DNA from: Terriglobales bacterium
GTDB taxonomy: Bacteria; Acidobacteriota; Terriglobia; Terriglobales; Acidobacteriaceae
Reading direction: 5' to 3'
DNA length: 46,864 nt
Assembly: GCA_025927855.1 (NCBI GenBank)
Contig: JAICKN010000001.1
Location: 1 to 46,864 of the forward strand
The position numbers and the translations under genes are program-made. Below the pieces are notes generated by a model, which was not told the DNA's origin, made no database searches, and saw only the letters and a list, made by a program, of their open reading frames with translations. Below, one piece after another: positions 8,373 to 17,516 of this stretch; position 1 is the first letter of the stretch; every line of letters starts with the position of its first letter.

Positions 8373-9773
8373 TTACAGATCGTACTTCTTTACCAGGTGG
8401 CGGAAAGAACGATAGGAAATTTTTAATAAGTCGGCAGCGCGGGTCTGCACCCCATTCGATTGAGTAAGCGCCGATTGCAATAGGGATTTTTCAATATCAG
8501 CGACGTAGCGTTCCATGTCCACGCCTTCCGGCAGCACTGAACCGGCGGGGATGGAAAGACCCGGTCCGCCGTACATGCCGATACCGGCCGCGGCGGCGCG
8601 GGCTTTGGGACGTTCAGCCGGCAGCTCCGCGTTAAGTTCGTTTCCCGTTTCAAGCGCGACTGCACGCTCGATTGTGTTCTCCAGTTGGCGCACATTGCCG
8701 GGCCATTCGTAGCCGCACAGCGATTGCAATGATCCATCATGCACATGGCCTATGCTTTTCCCTGCCGCTGGAGCGTATTTCTTTAAGAAATGATTGACCA
8801 GCAGGGGAATATCTTCACGCCGATCACGGAGCGGAGGCACGACAACCGGGATCACGCTGAGTCGGTAATAAAGGTCTTCCCGGAAACCGCCCTCAGAGAC
8901 GGATTTATCTAGGTCGCGGTTGGTGGCTGCGATGACGCGCACATCAATCGGGACCTCGGCCGTTCCCCCGACTGGACGCACCGAGCGTTCCTGCAATACC
9001 CGCAATAGCTTTACCTGCATGGTCAGGCTCATTTCCGCGATTTCATCCAGGAATATGGTTCCCTGGTCCGCCACTTCCAGCAGTCCCCGCTTGTTCTGGT
9101 TGGCTCCGGTGAAGGCGCCTTTTACATAGCCGAAGAGTTCGCTCTCCAGCAAAGTTTCGGGGAAAGCGCCGCAATTGATCGAAACAAATGGCTCGGTAGC
9201 GCGTGGCGAGCAGACGTGAACCGCGCGCGCGACCAGCTCTTTTCCCGTGCCGCTCTCGCCATAGATCAAAATTGTGCTTTGCGTCGAGGCCACGGTGCGG
9301 ATGGTCTGCTTGAGCTTGGCGATGGCCGGACTTGATCCGACAATGTTGTCGAGTGAATTGCGCGTAGCCGCATCGCGCTTGAAGGCGTAATTCTGTCGGC
9401 TGAGGGCAACTTTTTCCAGCGTCCGCTTAACTGCCAGTTTGATCTCATCCACCAGACCAGGCGATTTGCGGATGTAGTCGGAGGCTCCGCCGGCCTTTAC
9501 CGCTTCGACCGCCGCTTCGTAATCGTCAACCGCGGTAATCAAGATGACTGCGGAATCGGGCGAGACCTGATGGGCATAGCGGAGGACTTCAATGCCGTCT
9601 GTATTGGGCATTTTGATATCGGTAACGACAACGTCGAAGAGAGCGGAATCCAACTTTCTTTTGGCATGCTCGCCGGAGTTGACCGTTTCTACTTTATGCC
9701 CGTCGCGGCGCAGAGCAATGTCCAGCATTTCGCATATCGAGCGCTCGTCGTCGCATACCAGAATATTACCCAT
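8373..9773 (-). CDS. pilR: Sigma-54-dependent response regulator (NtrC family; PilR by context)
   Basis: Receiver domain (ILVCDDE ... VVVTDIKMP). AAA+ core with Walker A GESGTGKE and a GAFTGA loop. C-terminal Fis-type HTH (TRAADLLKISYRSFRHLVKKY). ATG 9773 overlaps the pilS stop by 8 nt (ATGGGTAA). Confidence 0.85.
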   Translation of the reverse strand: MGNILVCDDERSICEMLDIALRRDGHKVETVNSGEHAKRKLDSALFDVVVTDIKMPNTDGIEVLRYAHQVSPDSAVILITAVDDYEAAVEAVKAGGASDYIRKSPGLVDEIKLAVKRTLEKVALSRQNYAFKRDAATRNSLDNIVGSSPAIAKLKQTIRTVASTQSTILIYGESGTGKELVARAVHVCSPRATEPFVSINCGAFPETLLESELFGYVKGAFTGANQNKRGLLEVADQGTIFLDEIAEMSLTMQVKLLRVLQERSVRPVGGTAEVPIDVRVIAATNRDLDKSVSEGGFREDLYYRLSVIPVVVPPLRDRREDIPLLVNHFLKKYAPAAGKSIGHVHDGSLQSLCGYEWPGNVRQLENTIERAVALETGNELNAELPAERPKARAAAAGIGMYGGPGLSIPAGSVLPEGVDMERYVADIEKSLLQSALTQSNGVQTRAADLLKISYRSFRHLVKKYDL

Positions 9774-11493
9774 GCGTCGGACCTCCCGCTGCAACGGCGG
9801 CACCCTGCAATCGCGGAGCCTCCTCCCGCTCCTCCATGACTACTTGCATGCCGGATCGCTCTTTCATGGGTTGTTCCTCGAGAAGTTTTTCTTCCGCAAG
9901 GCGCGCCAGGCGCAATACAAATTCGCTGCCGACCCCCAGTTTGGAACGGGCCCACACTTTGCCTTCGTGGGCCTGAACAATCTGGTACACGATGGCGAGG
10001 CCCAATCCCGTGCCTCCTTCAAATTCCGACTGGAATGGCTCAAAAAGCCGCTCCACAATCTTGGGGTTGATGCCTGGACCGGTATCGGCAAAAACGATTT
10101 GCCATTCATTTCCCGCGGCTTCGACGGAAACTGAAAGTGTGCCGTCATTTTTCATGGCGCGGACCGCGTTCTCGCAAAAATTCCAAAATACCTGTTTGAT
10201 TTTGTCGCCGTCGGCCAGGGACACCACGGAAGTAGCGCGGTAATTGCGCACCACGCGAATATGGGCATCTTCGGCCCTTAGCCTGTGTTCCAAAAGCGTA
10301 AGAGTGTCTTCAAGCAGCGGCAGCAGGTCAACCGGAGCCAGCTGGTATTGCCGGTTGCGCGAGTAGGCAAGGAAATCGGTGATGATGTTATTCAGCCGGT
10401 CTGATTCTCGGGTTACGATCTGCAGAAGCCGCCTGTGTTCCTCACTCAGGTTTGGAATCTCGGCCAACATGGAGACCGACCCGGCTATCGAGGTCAGCGG
10501 ATTGCGTATCTCATGGGCGATAGCAGCGGCCAGGCGTCCTACCGCCGCGAGCCGGTCCTGCATCCTCACTTCACGCTCCAGCCGCCGTATCTGCGTAAGG
10601 TCATCAAAGGTGTAGACAAATCCTATGGTGCCGCGCTCCGGCACCTCCAACCCGGAGACCAACACCCGGAAGGTCTTACGGTAATTGTTCCCGGTGGCGT
10701 AGCGGACTTCTCCATGTGTGGTATCGCCCGTTGTCTGCGGTAGCGGATCCAAAAAAATGTGGTGCACGGGATTCCCGATTAATTCATGTACTTTGCGTTC
10801 TAGTAGCTTCTGCGCCGCGCCATTGGCGAAGGTAATGTAGCCATCCGGCCCGGTAGTCAAAATGCCCCCCGTTATGGATTCAATGATGTTTTCATGCAGG
10901 GCCTGAAGATTTTCCAGCTGGCCGCTGGTATGTTTCAGCCGTACGTCCACCTGCCGCAGCTTGGAAGACAGGAGGCCGGCCAGGTATGCCACCGCCATGA
11001 AGGCGAACAAATTCACCAGAATCACGGCTTGCAGCGTGCGCAATCCCGGATGGCTGCTTGAATAGGACGGAACAATTTCGAAAAATGTTAAGTCGAGCAC
11101 AGCCCCATACAGTATGAAGGCCAGTGCCGCGGTCAGGTATGCCCAAACTCGAGGCAGCAAAATACTGGCAACAATGATCACCAGCGGATAGAGAAAATTC
11201 AGCGAGCTATCCACGCCGCCTGTGGCGTAAACCACCAGCGTGACAAACAGCAGGTCACTTAAAACCTGCAACACAGATTGAATGCGATGTTCATTCCAGA
11301 GCGGGAGCAATACCAGATAAAAAATAGAGCCTGCATACCAGAACAAGGCCACCCAGACAAACAGCCTCAGCGAAAGAATGCTGGGAGTGAAACTGACAAT
11401 CGTCAGTTCAATCGCGACCAGCAGCGTAAGGATGAGAATACGGACCTTTACCAGCCAGGCCAGCCATATACGCTCATCAAACATGGATTGCAT
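9766..11493 (-). CDS. pilS: Membrane sensor histidine kinase (PilS-like)
   Basis: Polytopic N-terminus, a PAS-like segment, H-box AHEIRNPLTSI and an HATPase_c G-box (GGTGLGLAIVYQIV). It lies directly upstream of, and overlaps, the NtrC-type regulator gene. Confidence 0.8.
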   Translation of the reverse strand: MQSMFDERIWLAWLVKVRILILTLLVAIELTIVSFTPSILSLRLFVWVALFWYAGSIFYLVLLPLWNEHRIQSVLQVLSDLLFVTLVVYATGGVDSSLNFLYPLVIIVASILLPRVWAYLTAALAFILYGAVLDLTFFEIVPSYSSSHPGLRTLQAVILVNLFAFMAVAYLAGLLSSKLRQVDVRLKHTSGQLENLQALHENIIESITGGILTTGPDGYITFANGAAQKLLERKVHELIGNPVHHIFLDPLPQTTGDTTHGEVRYATGNNYRKTFRVLVSGLEVPERGTIGFVYTFDDLTQIRRLEREVRMQDRLAAVGRLAAAIAHEIRNPLTSIAGSVSMLAEIPNLSEEHRRLLQIVTRESDRLNNIITDFLAYSRNRQYQLAPVDLLPLLEDTLTLLEHRLRAEDAHIRVVRNYRATSVVSLADGDKIKQVFWNFCENAVRAMKNDGTLSVSVEAAGNEWQIVFADTGPGINPKIVERLFEPFQSEFEGGTGLGLAIVYQIVQAHEGKVWARSKLGVGSEFVLRLARLAEEKLLEEQPMKERSGMQVVMEEREEAPRLQGAAVAAGGPTHG

Positions 11494-11619
11494 TGCTGTC
11501 GTGAAGTCCTTTTACTCGTTGTCGCGCTTAGGGCGCGCGCTTTTGAGTATTCCGAAATACTGTCCGCATCCGCGCTGTGTTTCCTGAGGACACAACGCCC
11601 AACAAAGTGGAAGGAGCGG

Positions 11620-11654
11620 AAAAACAAGGGCCGAAGGGTGATTTGCCCCGGCCC
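11620..11654 (-). terminator. Intrinsic terminator-like hairpin downstream of pilC
   Basis: On the minus strand, GGGCCG-(15 nt)-CGGCCC is followed by TTGTTTTT. It starts 15 nt after the pilC stop. Confidence 0.5.
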
Positions 11655-11668
11655 CGGAAGTTCGTTGA

Positions 11669-12877
11669 TTATCCAGCCAGTTTGGCAATCATCGAGAACA
11701 GAGGCATGTACAGTGAAATCACGATGCCTCCAATCATGACGCCCAACAAACCGATAATGATTGGTTCGAGCATGGCCAGCATGTCTTTGGTGGCCGCATC
11801 CACTTCGTCCTCATAGAAGTCCGCGATCTTTTGCAGCATGGAGTCCATGGCGCCGGTGGCTTCGCCCACGCCGATCATCTGTGAAACCATGTTTGGGAAC
11901 ACGCCTGATTCGCGGAGCGGATCTACAATCGTGCGGCCTTCTTCAATGGCTTTGCGCACTTTCATCAGCGCTTCTTCCAGCACAGCATTGCCGGAGGTAC
12001 GCGCGGTGATGGAAAGCCCTTCCAGGATGGGAACACCGGAGGTAATCAAGGTGCCGAGCGTACGGGTGAAGCGCGCCACCGCGATCTTCCGCAGCAACGC
12101 TCCCATCACTGGCAGCTTCAGCAGCGCCAGGTCAAAATAATAGCGGCCCTTCGGATTTTTACGCACCTGCTTGAGGCCGAAAACCATGGCGACCAGCCCG
12201 ATGAGGAAAACCACTCCAAACTGGCCGATGAAATGGCTTAGGCCAATGACAATTTTTGTGGGTAACGGCAGGTCCACACCGAGACCGGCAAACAAGTTTG
12301 CGAAGATAGGGACCACCCACTTGAGTAACGCGGCGACAATCACGAAGGCTAGCGAGACAACGGAAACAGGATAGATCAATGCGGACTTAACTGCGGCCCG
12401 CAACTTGACGGCTTTTTCCACGTAGACGGCCAGTCGTTGCAAGATAATGTCGAGAATACCGCCGGTTTCGCCGGCTTCGATCATATTGGTGGAGAGGTCG
12501 TCAAAAACTGCCGGATATTGCCGCATGGCATTCGCCAGAGTTGAGCCGCCTTCCACCGTGGTCCGCACCCCGGTGAGAGTCTTCTGGAACGTCGGGTTTT
12601 CCTGGTTCGCTGCCAAAATCTCCAGGCACTGCACCAGAGGCAAGCCCGCGTCAATCATGACGGAGAATTGCCGGAAGAAAATCGCGATTTCCTTGACTTT
12701 GACTTTTCCGGAACCAAAAGACGGGATGGAAAATTCCCGCCCCTTTTGCCGCACCGGCCCCGGGACAATCCGCTCGCGGCGTAATTGCGCCACCAGCGCT
12801 TCTTTATTGGTCGCGGTTCTTTCGCCGCTTACCTTTTGTCCCGATGCATTTTTGCCCGAATATGTAAAAACTGGCAT
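11669..12877 (-). CDS. pilC: Type IV pilus assembly platform protein PilC (GspF family)
   Basis: 402 aa with duplicated T2SSF modules and three hydrophobic segments. Same-strand neighbour of pilT and pilB. Confidence 0.9.
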   Translation of the reverse strand: MPVFTYSGKNASGQKVSGERTATNKEALVAQLRRERIVPGPVRQKGREFSIPSFGSGKVKVKEIAIFFRQFSVMIDAGLPLVQCLEILAANQENPTFQKTLTGVRTTVEGGSTLANAMRQYPAVFDDLSTNMIEAGETGGILDIILQRLAVYVEKAVKLRAAVKSALIYPVSVVSLAFVIVAALLKWVVPIFANLFAGLGVDLPLPTKIVIGLSHFIGQFGVVFLIGLVAMVFGLKQVRKNPKGRYYFDLALLKLPVMGALLRKIAVARFTRTLGTLITSGVPILEGLSITARTSGNAVLEEALMKVRKAIEEGRTIVDPLRESGVFPNMVSQMIGVGEATGAMDSMLQKIADFYEDEVDAATKDMLAMLEPIIIGLLGVMIGGIVISLYMPLFSMIAKLAG

Positions 12878-12975
12878 GTTCGCTTCTCCTGATTTTCATT
12901 ACTTCCGCAGAACTTGCATCCCTAATTGCGGAAATAACAGCCCTGTCTTTGAACTCTGTTCTTGCAAACGCCCCG

Positions 12976-14100
12976 TTACTTGCCCGGCGTCGCTCCTTTG
13001 GCCATTACGGGCGAAGTCTTATTCAACAAACCCGCCCCTCGGTTAATCATTTCCTGCAACTCGTCCTGATTGCTCGAGCGTTGCAGCGCCACCTCCAGCG
13101 TGATCTGTTTGTGGAAGTAGGCAGTTGCCAGCGCCTGATTGAACGTCTGCATGCCGAACTTTTCCTGGCCCGACTGCATGGCGGAATAAATCTGGTGGAT
13201 CTTGTCCTCACGGATCAGGTTACGAATGGCGGCATTCGGCACCAATATCTCCATGCACATTGCCCGGCCCTTGCCGTCAACTTTTGGCAACAGGCTTTGG
13301 CACATGATGCCTTCGAGCACCAGCGAAAGCTGCGCGCGAATCTGCGGCTGCTGATGCGAAGGAAAGACGTCAATAATACGGTTGATGGTGGAAGACGCAG
13401 AATTCGTATGCAGCGTGCCAAAGGTCAAGTGGCCGGTTTCCGCGATGCGCAATGCGGACTCGATGGTTTCGAGGTCGCGCATTTCGCCGATCAGCACGAC
13501 GTCCGGGTCTTCGCGGAGGGCTGCGCGCAAGGCATCGGTAAAGCTTTTTGTGTCCGCATGAAGTTCACGCTGGTTCACCACGCAGTTTTTGTTCATGTGC
13601 ACGAATTCGATTGGGTCTTCAATCGTCAGAATATGGTCATGCCGCTCGGAATTGATCTTGTCAATCATGCTGGCCAGGGTGGTTGACTTGCCGGAACCGG
13701 TCGGACCGGTCACCAGCACCAGGCCGCGCGGTTTGTCGCACAATTTGCTGACCACCGGCGGCAAGCCAAGCTGGTTGAAGGACTTGATTTCAAATGGAAT
13801 AACGCGGAAAACAGCCGAGGTCGCGCCGCGCTGATTGAAGACGTTGGCGCGGAAGCGCGCCAATCCTTTTAAGCCGAACGAGAAATCGAGCTCGAAGCTT
13901 TCTTCAAAGCGGTGTTTCTGCGAATCCGTCATGACGCTGTACGCCAACTGCTTGGTCTCTGCCGGAGTCATCTGCGGCAAATCCAGCGGCACCAAATGCC
14001 CGTGCACCCGGACCTGCGGCGGTGAATTGGTGGTGATGTGCAAATCGCTGCCGCCCATTTCCAGCATCCGCTTTAACAAATCGCTTAACGAGAGCGCCAT
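12976..14100 (-). CDS. pilT: Twitching-motility retraction ATPase PilT
   Basis: Walker A GPTGSGKSTT, Walker B/Asp box, and the PilT-specific AIRNLIRE motif. N-terminus is LLKRMLEMGGSDLHI. Confidence 0.92.
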   Translation of the reverse strand: MALSLSDLLKRMLEMGGSDLHITTNSPPQVRVHGHLVPLDLPQMTPAETKQLAYSVMTDSQKHRFEESFELDFSFGLKGLARFRANVFNQRGATSAVFRVIPFEIKSFNQLGLPPVVSKLCDKPRGLVLVTGPTGSGKSTTLASMIDKINSERHDHILTIEDPIEFVHMNKNCVVNQRELHADTKSFTDALRAALREDPDVVLIGEMRDLETIESALRIAETGHLTFGTLHTNSASSTINRIIDVFPSHQQPQIRAQLSLVLEGIMCQSLLPKVDGKGRAMCMEILVPNAAIRNLIREDKIHQIYSAMQSGQEKFGMQTFNQALATAYFHKQITLEVALQRSSNQDELQEMINRGAGLLNKTSPVMAKGATPGK

Positions 14101-14133
14101 AGTTCCCTTCTTCCTTCGTTTCTTACCACCTGC

Positions 14134-15849
14134 TTAGTGAATCGTTTCGCGTGCGACTTCTTCGAGCGTTGTCATACCGGCTGCAACCTTAATAAGCCCG
14201 CTGCGGCGCAAAGTAATCATTCCCCGCTCAATCGCTTTCTTTTTCAGTTCCACCGCCGAAGCGCCGACCAGGACCAGCTCTTTTATTTCGTCATCCACTT
14301 CCATGACTTCATACAATCCGGCGCGGCCCTTGTATCCGGTGTTATGGCAGACGCTGCATCCTCTGCCCTTGTGGATTTTGACTGTCTTCGCTTCTTCTGG
14401 GGTGAACCCTTCGTCAATCAACGCCTGCGGGGGGACATCTACCGGCTCCGCGCACTCCTTGCAGATACGGCGAATCAGGCGCTGGGCGCAGATCAGGTGT
14501 ACAGAGGTGGCAACCAGGAACGGTTCAATACCCATATTCATGAGGCGGGTGATAGTTTCGGGCGCGCCATTGGTGTGCAGCGTAGAAAGCACCAGGTGGC
14601 CGGTCAGTGCGGCTTTAATGGCGATTTCCGCCGTTTCAAAATCACGGATTTCGCCGACTAGAATAATGTTCGGGTCCTGGCGGAGGAAGGACCGCAGAGC
14701 AGCCGCGAAATTCAATCCAATCTGCTCCTTCATCTGCACCTGGTTTACGCCCTGCAACTGAAACTCGACCGGATCTTCGGCGGTCATGATGTTGGTGTCC
14801 GGCTGGTTCAAGCGCGCGATCGAAGAGTACAAGGTGTTTGTTTTTCCCGATCCTGTCGGCCCGGTGACCAGCACCATGCCATAAGGCTTCAAAATCGCCT
14901 TTTCAAATTTCACCAGCGATTCCGGCTCAAAGCCCAGCTTGGTCATGTCGAGCCGCAGATTTTCTTTGTCCAGCAGCCGGAGCACGATTTTTTCCCCCCA
15001 CAGGGTGGGCAGTGTGCTGACGCGGAAATCGAGTTGCTTTTTCTTTCCGCCAATGGCCATCTTCAGCATGATGCGTCCGTCTTGCGGCAGCCGCTTTTCG
15101 CTGATGTCCAGCTTGGCCATGATCTTCATGCGGGAGGTGATGGCGTCTTTTAATTTGAGCGGCGGCGACATGATGCTCTGCAACACACCGTCAATACGGA
15201 AGCGGACACGGAATTCTTTTTCGTAAGGTTCAATATGAATGTCGCTGGCGCCGCGCTTCACAGCGTCGGTCAGAATCAAGTTCACAAGCTTAACAATAGG
15301 AGCTTCGTCTGCCGCCCTTTCCAGATCGGCCAGTCCTAACTCTTCCTGCTCCGAAGCCAATTCAACATCGGCCTCGTCCATGTCGGTGATGGATTGCATC
15401 ACCTGCTCGAGGTCTTCTTCTTTGGTGGTGCCGTAGGCTTTGTCAATTCCCTCGAGAATCGAACTTTCCGAGGCAACGACCGGTTCAATGTTGAATCCGG
15501 TCATGAACTTGATGTCGTCCATGGCAAAAACATTGGTGGGATCTACCATGGCGATGGTCAGGGATGCGCCGACGCGGCTCAACGGAAGAATCTGGTAACG
15601 CTTCGCGGTTTCAAACGGGATCAGCTTGATAACCGAGGCATCAATCTCAAAATACGAAAGGTTGATGGCGGGCACGCCATATTGCCGCGAAAGGAAATTC
15701 GTGACGTCTTCGTCGGTCAAGAACCCAAGTTTGACCAGGGCAGAACCGAGACGGCAATTCGTCTCCTTCTGTACCTTCGTTGCCTGCTGCAACTGCTCTG
15801 GGGTAATGACCTTCTCTTTTACCAGAAGATCACCCAGCCGTTGAGACAT
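14134..15849 (-). CDS. pilB: Type IV pilus assembly ATPase PilB (GspE family) with an MshEN-type N-domain
   Basis: N-terminal T2SSE_N, Walker A GPTGSGKTNT, and tetracysteine CKEC...CSVC. It sits 33 nt upstream of pilT. Confidence 0.92.
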   Translation of the reverse strand: MSQRLGDLLVKEKVITPEQLQQATKVQKETNCRLGSALVKLGFLTDEDVTNFLSRQYGVPAINLSYFEIDASVIKLIPFETAKRYQILPLSRVGASLTIAMVDPTNVFAMDDIKFMTGFNIEPVVASESSILEGIDKAYGTTKEEDLEQVMQSITDMDEADVELASEQEELGLADLERAADEAPIVKLVNLILTDAVKRGASDIHIEPYEKEFRVRFRIDGVLQSIMSPPLKLKDAITSRMKIMAKLDISEKRLPQDGRIMLKMAIGGKKKQLDFRVSTLPTLWGEKIVLRLLDKENLRLDMTKLGFEPESLVKFEKAILKPYGMVLVTGPTGSGKTNTLYSSIARLNQPDTNIMTAEDPVEFQLQGVNQVQMKEQIGLNFAAALRSFLRQDPNIILVGEIRDFETAEIAIKAALTGHLVLSTLHTNGAPETITRLMNMGIEPFLVATSVHLICAQRLIRRICKECAEPVDVPPQALIDEGFTPEEAKTVKIHKGRGCSVCHNTGYKGRAGLYEVMEVDDEIKELVLVGASAVELKKKAIERGMITLRRSGLIKVAAGMTTLEEVARETIH

Positions 15850-16400
15850 ACCTTTTAGCTCCTATCGGATCAACAGCACACTGCGGGCATCCGCCTACGC
15901 GAACGACAGAATTCAGGGGAGATTTGCAGCGTATCGCACTGACAGAAATTGTCAACGGAGAGACGTTACTGCACCAGTAACTTTGGTACCTGTACTGCGC
16001 AGAAAATACAGCGAGGTTCTACATCCGTAAACGAAACCGTCAATTTGCAGCGGTTTGGAAGCTTGGGGCCCACCCGAAGATCGGGAGTACAACACCTTCA
16101 GTTTTACTCAACCGGAAACATTAACGCTTATTTACTCACCCGGGCCTGTAAATTGCCACTTCATGCGAGCCTGCAATCAGAATGGATGCGGCAAATGCCA
16201 GCCCCCAACCCAGAAACTTCTACCCGATGGCGTCATCTGCTCCTCAGGTAACACGTTCCAGGCAATCTCTCCGGGAGGAGACTTATCGGAGCATGGGAGA
16301 GTTACAAATTTCGTTTATTTTTCGTTTACGCGGAATTTTAACTGCGCTTTGTGACGGATGAACTTTACAACCGTGAGAGCTCTCTTTCACAATCCCGCCT

Positions 16401-17486
16401 ATGCGCGTGACAGGGAAATGCCTGCTCTGCATAGTGCTCGTGGCGGGTTTCGGTGCCGCCCAGTCTGTGCGGCCAGAAGGAACATTGCGTCAGCTTGCGG
16501 GCCGGAGAGGTCTGCTGATCGGCGCAGCGGTGAATGTGCATTACCTATCCGAGGCTGCTTATACCAGAACACTGGCCCGGGAATTCAACATGGCGGAGCC
16601 GGAAGATGCCATGAAGTGGGCGGCTCTCCGCCCGTGTGAAAACTGCTTCGATTTCACCGATGCAGACACAATCGTAAATTTTGCGCGACTGCATGACATG
16701 AAGGTTCGGGGGCACAATCTTCTATGGCACAGCTATAACCCCGACTGGCTTATGCAGGGGCATTTCACGTCAAAACAGCTCTCGCACCTGCTGCAGGACC
16801 ACATTTCGCATGTGGCGGGGCATTATCGCGGCAAGGTGTTTGCTTGGGACGTCGTCAACGAAGCGTTCGATGAAAATGGGAAGCTGCGCAATTCCATCTG
16901 GTACAACCAGCCCGGAATTTCGCGCCCACTTGAATCGCAGAACACATTCTTTATTGAACAGGCATTCCGCTGGGCGCATGCGGCTGACCCACAGGCGCTG
17001 CTTTTCTATAACGATTCCGAAGCAGAAGAGATCAATCCACACTCCGATGCAATCTATGCGATGGCTCTGGACTTCAAAACGCGCGGTGTGCCCCTCGACG
17101 GAATCGGGATGCAAATGCATTTTCTCCGCGGCGCTCCCAATTACGACTCGATCGCCAAAAACATAAAGCGCTTGACGAGCTTAGGCTTGCAAATTCATAT
17201 TACAGAAATGGATGTCGCTCTCCCGGTAGATGCGGCTGGCAGAGTTCTTCACGTCAACGATCTGCAGTGGCAGGCAAATGTCTATCGCCATATTGCAGAG
17301 ATATGCCTGGCGAATTCCGGCTGTACCGCTCTGCAAACCTGGGGAGTTGCCGACAAATATTCGTGGGTGGGATGGGCCACGCACCATACAAAGGGAGCGG
17401 CCCTGCTATTTGATAAAAACTACCAGCCGAAGCCAGCGTACAAGGCCATAAAAAATGCGCTCCTGCACACAGCTTACGGACATTAA
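16401..17486 (+). CDS. Secreted GH10 endo-1,4-beta-xylanase
   Basis: Signal peptide MRVTGKCLLCIVLVAGFGAAQS. GH10 catalytic motifs WDVVNEA (acid/base Glu) and HITEMDV (nucleophile Glu). Confidence 0.9.
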   Translation: MRVTGKCLLCIVLVAGFGAAQSVRPEGTLRQLAGRRGLLIGAAVNVHYLSEAAYTRTLAREFNMAEPEDAMKWAALRPCENCFDFTDADTIVNFARLHDMKVRGHNLLWHSYNPDWLMQGHFTSKQLSHLLQDHISHVAGHYRGKVFAWDVVNEAFDENGKLRNSIWYNQPGISRPLESQNTFFIEQAFRWAHAADPQALLFYNDSEAEEINPHSDAIYAMALDFKTRGVPLDGIGMQMHFLRGAPNYDSIAKNIKRLTSLGLQIHITEMDVALPVDAAGRVLHVNDLQWQANVYRHIAEICLANSGCTALQTWGVADKYSWVGWATHHTKGAALLFDKNYQPKPAYKAIKNALLHTAYGH

Positions 17487-17516
17487 ACTTCCGGTCCAGC
17501 AACATCAACTCTTCCG

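Noticed and set aside
12949-13686. 245-codon ORF antisense to pilT. Similar antisense ORFs lie over pilB (14137-14661, 15394-15858) and aspA (33292-33879).
   Set aside because: They overlap conserved ATPase or lyase genes, have His/Arg/Leu-rich biased composition and no start context. These are shadow ORFs.
15949-16354. Two overlapping ORFs (100 and 99 codons) in the pilB-xylanase spacer.
   Set aside because: No SD, odd composition (Cys/Thr/Arg-rich), no motifs, and mutually overlapping frames. I treated the region as non-coding and flagged it as a long spacer instead.
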